A stretch of 64,000 nt of DNA from NCBI GenBank assembly GCA_903937035.1, contig CAIZXS010000004.1, positions 4,693 to 68,692 on the forward strand, given 5' to 3'. A program made the position numbers and the translations under genes. Numbering within the stretch: position 1 is the stretch's first letter; each line of letters opens with the position of its first letter. Shown here piece by piece: positions 60,649-64,000 of the stretch. The notes below the pieces were generated by a model. It was not told where the DNA came from. It did no database searches and saw only the letters and a list, made by a program, of their open reading frames with translations. Source of the stretch: an uncultured bacterium (GTDB taxonomy: Bacteria; Patescibacteriota; Minisyncoccia; Moranbacterales; UBA2206).

Positions 60649-60694
60649 TTTTCGCTAAAATAAAAATTAAAAATTGGCGAAAGGTAGCTAAAAA

Positions 60695-61234
60695 ATGGAC
60701 GTTTTTTTAGAAAATTTTATCACCGGAATATTGTCTCTGGCAAAAGCGTTTTATGCTTCGCTCACTTTTTCTTTTTTGAAATTTTTCTTGGAAGTGTATG
60801 TGATCGTGATGTTTATTGATCTTGTACTGATGCTCAAGCAGCGTGGCTTGGGTGCTGATATCCGCGACACGCTTGTGGGAATGAATATCCCACCAGAGCT
60901 TGCGTATCGCAAGGGAAAATTGCGTGTGAAGTGGGCTAAGGTGAAAAGGAGGTTTGATAGTAAAAATGAATCGGATTATAAGGTGGCGATCATTGAAGCG
61001 GATAAGATTGTTGATGATCTTATCGCTGAGATGAATTATAAGGGTGAGAATATGACAGAGCGCTTGGATAATATTACTCCTGGTCAAATTGATAACATTG
61101 AAGAGCTGCGACGTGCGCATGAGACTCGGAACCTCATTATTCATGATGACAGCTTTGTGCTCACTCGAGAAGAGGCCCTAAAGACATTTGATTGTTATGA
61201 GGAATTTTTGAGATTTTTCTTGGTATTTGATTAG
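60695..61234 (+). CDS. membrane-anchored protein with a HEPN-like Rx4H motif
   Basis: N-terminal hydrophobic segment; AIIEAD..VD, RNLIIH. Confidence 0.65.
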   Translation: MDVFLENFITGILSLAKAFYASLTFSFLKFFLEVYVIVMFIDLVLMLKQRGLGADIRDTLVGMNIPPELAYRKGKLRVKWAKVKRRFDSKNESDYKVAIIEADKIVDDLIAEMNYKGENMTERLDNITPGQIDNIEELRRAHETRNLIIHDDSFVLTREEALKTFDCYEEFLRFFLVFD

Positions 61235-61237
61235 TTT

Positions 61238-61378
61238 TTGGACTTACGCATTTACCTTAAAAAGCTCCTAAAAGCACGGTTCCCTTGTTTTGATTGAGCC
61301 CCTCCTTGTTTACCGGAAATTCAGTGTGCTAGCAAAAATAATCGTGCAGAGCATTTTTCGGCAAACGCATAAGTCCTA
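61238..61378. mobile_element. MITE-like element, GACTTACGC family, copy 3
   Basis: TTGGACTTACGCATTTACC ... GGCAAACGCATAAGTCCTA, 141 bp. Confidence 0.65.
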
Positions 61379-61404
61379 AGTTTTTGACAAGTTTTTGGGA
61401 ATAA

Positions 61405-61433
61405 TTGACGTTTCAGATTTTTTGAGTTAGAAT
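61405..61433 (+). promoter_or_regulatory. tRNA operon promoter
   Basis: TTGACG, 17 bp, TAGAAT. Confidence 0.6.
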
Positions 61434-61453
61434 AGGGAATAGTTCAAAAAGAT

Positions 61454-61525
61454 AGCGGGATGGAGCAATGGCAGCTCGTCTGGCTCATAACCAGAAGGTT
61501 CCAGGTTCGAATCCTGGTCCCGCAA
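61454..61525 (+). tRNA. tRNA-fMet (CAT), initiator type, no encoded CCA
   Basis: Cloverleaf, 1:72 mismatch, GAGC/GCTC D-stem, CTCATAA loop, TTCGAAT. Confidence 0.92.
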
Positions 61526-61633
61526 CACTTCGACTCGCTGATGCTCGCTCAGTGCAGGCACAGCAAGCGTAGTAGTTTAAAAAAGAATCAAAATAATAAT
61601 ATCGTCGAAGTGTTGCCCTGAGCTTGTCGAAGG
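61522..61633. repeat. CTTCGAC..GCTCAG / CTGAGCTTGTCGAAG palindrome cluster
   Basis: Perfect inverted repeat GCAACACTTCGAC (61522-34) / GTCGAAGTGTTGC (61604-16), then CCTGAGCTTGTCGAAGG. Confidence 0.6.
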
Positions 61634-61658
61634 ACAATTTTTCAAGTTTTTGCTCTAG

Positions 61659-62070
<412 letters not shown>

Positions 62071-62073
62071 CAA

Positions 62074-62148
62074 AAAACATACAGCATGTAGCATAAAACA
62101 TGTAACAAGCGAGTAGTTGTTATATGTTTCATGTTATATGTAACATGA
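62074..62148. repeat. inverted heptamer tandem repeats (AACATGT-like / CATGTTA-like)
   Basis: AGCATGTAGCATAAAACATGTAACAA ... TTGTTATATGTTTCATGTTATATG forms a long hairpin. Confidence 0.6.
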
Positions 62149-62151
62149 ATT

Positions 62152-62225
62152 GGGGGCGTAGCTCAGTTGGTTAGAGCGACTGCCTGTCACGCAGTAGGTC
62201 ACCGGTTCGAGTCCGGCCGTCCCCG
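62152..62225 (+). tRNA. tRNA-Asp (GTC)
   Basis: Cloverleaf, ACTGC-CTGTCAC-GCAGT, G73. Confidence 0.95.
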
Positions 62226-62268
62226 CATCATAAGTCATCCCGCCAAGGCGGGACCGTCCCCGCAAACT

Positions 62269-62296
62269 ATACGGCTTTTATAGGCCGTATTTTTTA
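62269..62296 (+). terminator. tRNA operon terminator
   Basis: ATACGGCTT..TAGGCCGTAT followed by a T-run. Confidence 0.65.
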
Positions 62297-62347
62297 TGTG
62301 CAAAAATATAATCTAACTGTGATATAATAAAACAGAGGAATATTGGA

Positions 62348-62998
62348 TTGAAGGGTATTGGTACAATAAATATGAAACTATTAAAAAAAGTGAAAAGTCT
62401 AGAGGTCAAGAGGTGTTTTGTGATTTCCAATAGGTTTACGTCAAAAAAAATGCGTAAAGACGCGTTAAAAAAACATATCACGACGCCAGCCAAAGAAACA
62501 TTTTCAAAAAATATAGCGATAAATAAAGATGCTGTTTTAAAGTTAGAAGAAGCTGCCCTTGATTTAATTATCTCTACGGAGTATAGAAAAAGGCTGAAAG
62601 TTTATGATAGCGTTGACTGGCATATTGGCTTTGTTGATTTGTCTGAAGTGGGTCTTTGGAAGGGTGCTGGTGGCATCCCGAAAACATGGACGCATGGCTC
62701 ACTCAGCGACTCGGCCAAGAAAATGTCTTCTGAACTGAAAAAGATTGATTTCAGGCTATCGAGAATTAGAGCAAGGAAAGTTGTGTCGGAAATAATAAGT
62801 TTAAGGACAATCATAAAAAAAGAAAAATATTTGTTGCCGATAATTCTTCCGGGCGGAACTATTTCAACTTGTCGCAAGGGTATGCTTAAAATGAAAGGGG
62901 ATATTGATGATGGATGCATGCGATCGTTAGCGTTTGCCATAAACGGAGACAAAAAAATAAAAGCCTATATTGGGACTAAGCGTGAAGAGAATGCCTAG
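62348..62998 (+). CDS. hypothetical protein with a ParB/sulfiredoxin-like C-terminal motif (start uncertain)
   Basis: PIIL...IDDGCMRSLA....G.KKI.AYIG. Confidence 0.55.
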   Translation: MKGIGTINMKLLKKVKSLEVKRCFVISNRFTSKKMRKDALKKHITTPAKETFSKNIAINKDAVLKLEEAALDLIISTEYRKRLKVYDSVDWHIGFVDLSEVGLWKGAGGIPKTWTHGSLSDSAKKMSSELKKIDFRLSRIRARKVVSEIISLRTIIKKEKYLLPIILPGGTISTCRKGMLKMKGDIDDGCMRSLAFAINGDKKIKAYIGTKREENA

Positions 62999-63086
62999 CG
63001 GCTGTATAGTTTTGGTAATTGATAGAATTGCATAGCATTTATGGTATACTAAAGCAGATAATTCAAAGAACTGAAGCATAATATAT

Positions 63087-63755
63087 ATGGCAGAATCTAA
63101 TGCTGGGTTTTTCGAGAGATCAACCGAAGCGAAGAAAAAATCTGAAATAGAATGTGCTCCGAAAAGGGAGCTTGTTGATTTTCAAAAATTGTCCCAAAAG
63201 CAGGAGGAATGGCTGAGGGAGCGAATTGAAAAGAGTAAGGGAGGGATAATTGTTTTTATACATCCATATTATCCCGAAAAAGAATCAGTTCATACTGATA
63301 TAGGATTTGCGAGTGCGGATAGCTTGAGGGGTATGCGGGAAGCATTAAAGAGATTACTTGCTGGTCAAAAAGAAGGCTATCCTCCAATTTTTATTTTCCA
63401 TGATGCGCAAAAGATGGCAGAGCTGGAAAGTTTATTGAAGGAAAGTTTATCCACATCCGCATTCGTTGTGGGAACACATACTGATGATCCCACTCCAGAG
63501 CAGGGCAATTGGGAAGAGCTTCTTAGAAAATTAAAATCCGTTGGTACGAGAAAAGTTACTTTGGCGGGAATGAACCTCGTTATTAGTTGGCCGGATGGTG
63601 ATGGCGAGCCTGAGTTGGCGGGTTGCGTGATGGAGGCAGCGAAGGAATTTTCGAAGGAATTCCAGGTGAGTGTATCAAGACGGGTTTATCCAAATTCACG
63701 TGAGGATTATTACTCTTATGGCGGTCCGACTGGAATAAAAAGGTGGGCGGATTAA
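63087..63755 (+). CDS. hypothetical protein, possible isochorismatase/cysteine-hydrolase-like fold
   Basis: LKSVGTRKVTLAG...GCV..A pattern. Confidence 0.5.
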   Translation: MAESNAGFFERSTEAKKKSEIECAPKRELVDFQKLSQKQEEWLRERIEKSKGGIIVFIHPYYPEKESVHTDIGFASADSLRGMREALKRLLAGQKEGYPPIFIFHDAQKMAELESLLKESLSTSAFVVGTHTDDPTPEQGNWEELLRKLKSVGTRKVTLAGMNLVISWPDGDGEPELAGCVMEAAKEFSKEFQVSVSRRVYPNSREDYYSYGGPTGIKRWAD

Positions 63756-63814
63756 TTGTGTTTAGCCAGAATTGTTGGATATTTTTTTAAGTAGTCCTAT
63801 TTAAAGTTAACAAT

Positions 63815-64000
63815 ATGCAAAAATATTCTCGCATTTTTGAAAATGATAATGCGTCCCCAATTTACTTTATTGTTCCAGGGTTTTTGGGTAATTATTCCGA
63901 AGATTTTATTGGGAGGCTCTATGCTTTTCTGATTGAAAATAATTTTAGCGTGCAAGGTGTGACTTTTCGCGGACATGAAAAAGATGAGACCGAGCTCGCC
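63815..64000 (+). CDS. alpha/beta hydrolase, truncated by the window end
   Basis: MQKYSR...ILLIVPGFLGN...F.V..V.FRGHE. Confidence 0.55.
   Translation, partial: MQKYSRIFENDNASPIYFIVPGFLGNYSEDFIGRLYAFLIENNFSVQGVTFRGHEKDETELA

Overview
Chromosomal window from a small-genome, monoderm bacterium. It is most likely Patescibacteria/CPR (Parcubacteria-like); this is inferred from gene content and from a type IV pilus locus lacking pilP/pilQ. TGA is used as a stop, so the code is 11. Housekeeping and envelope genes (glmS, recO, murA, mreB, holB, ftsQ-like, ligA, gatCA, three tRNAs) surround three accessory systems. (1) A ~28 kb type IV pilus region, pilMNO-pilB-RR-pilT-pilC-pilA-pilA-[7-gene glycosylation island headed by a GT-C/STT3-like enzyme]-pilD-minor pilins, bracketed by two very large Cys-rich surface proteins: one fused to a PilX N-terminus, the other with an apparent internal second signal peptide. 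(2) A VirD4/TraD-like coupling-ATPase operon led by a 939-aa repeat/hydrophobic-hairpin/LysM-like protein and interrupted by a GxxExxY gene enclosed in ~40-bp inverted repeats. (3) A compact receiver/pseudo-receiver plus micro-protein cassette behind a 28-bp G-U-rich leader hairpin. Several families of small palindromic REP/MITE-like elements are present. They nest in each other, sit at tRNA 3' ends, and appear to have left in-frame scars in LigA, a glycosyltransferase and pilin leader peptides. All family assignments come from motif recognition by eye; no database search was run.
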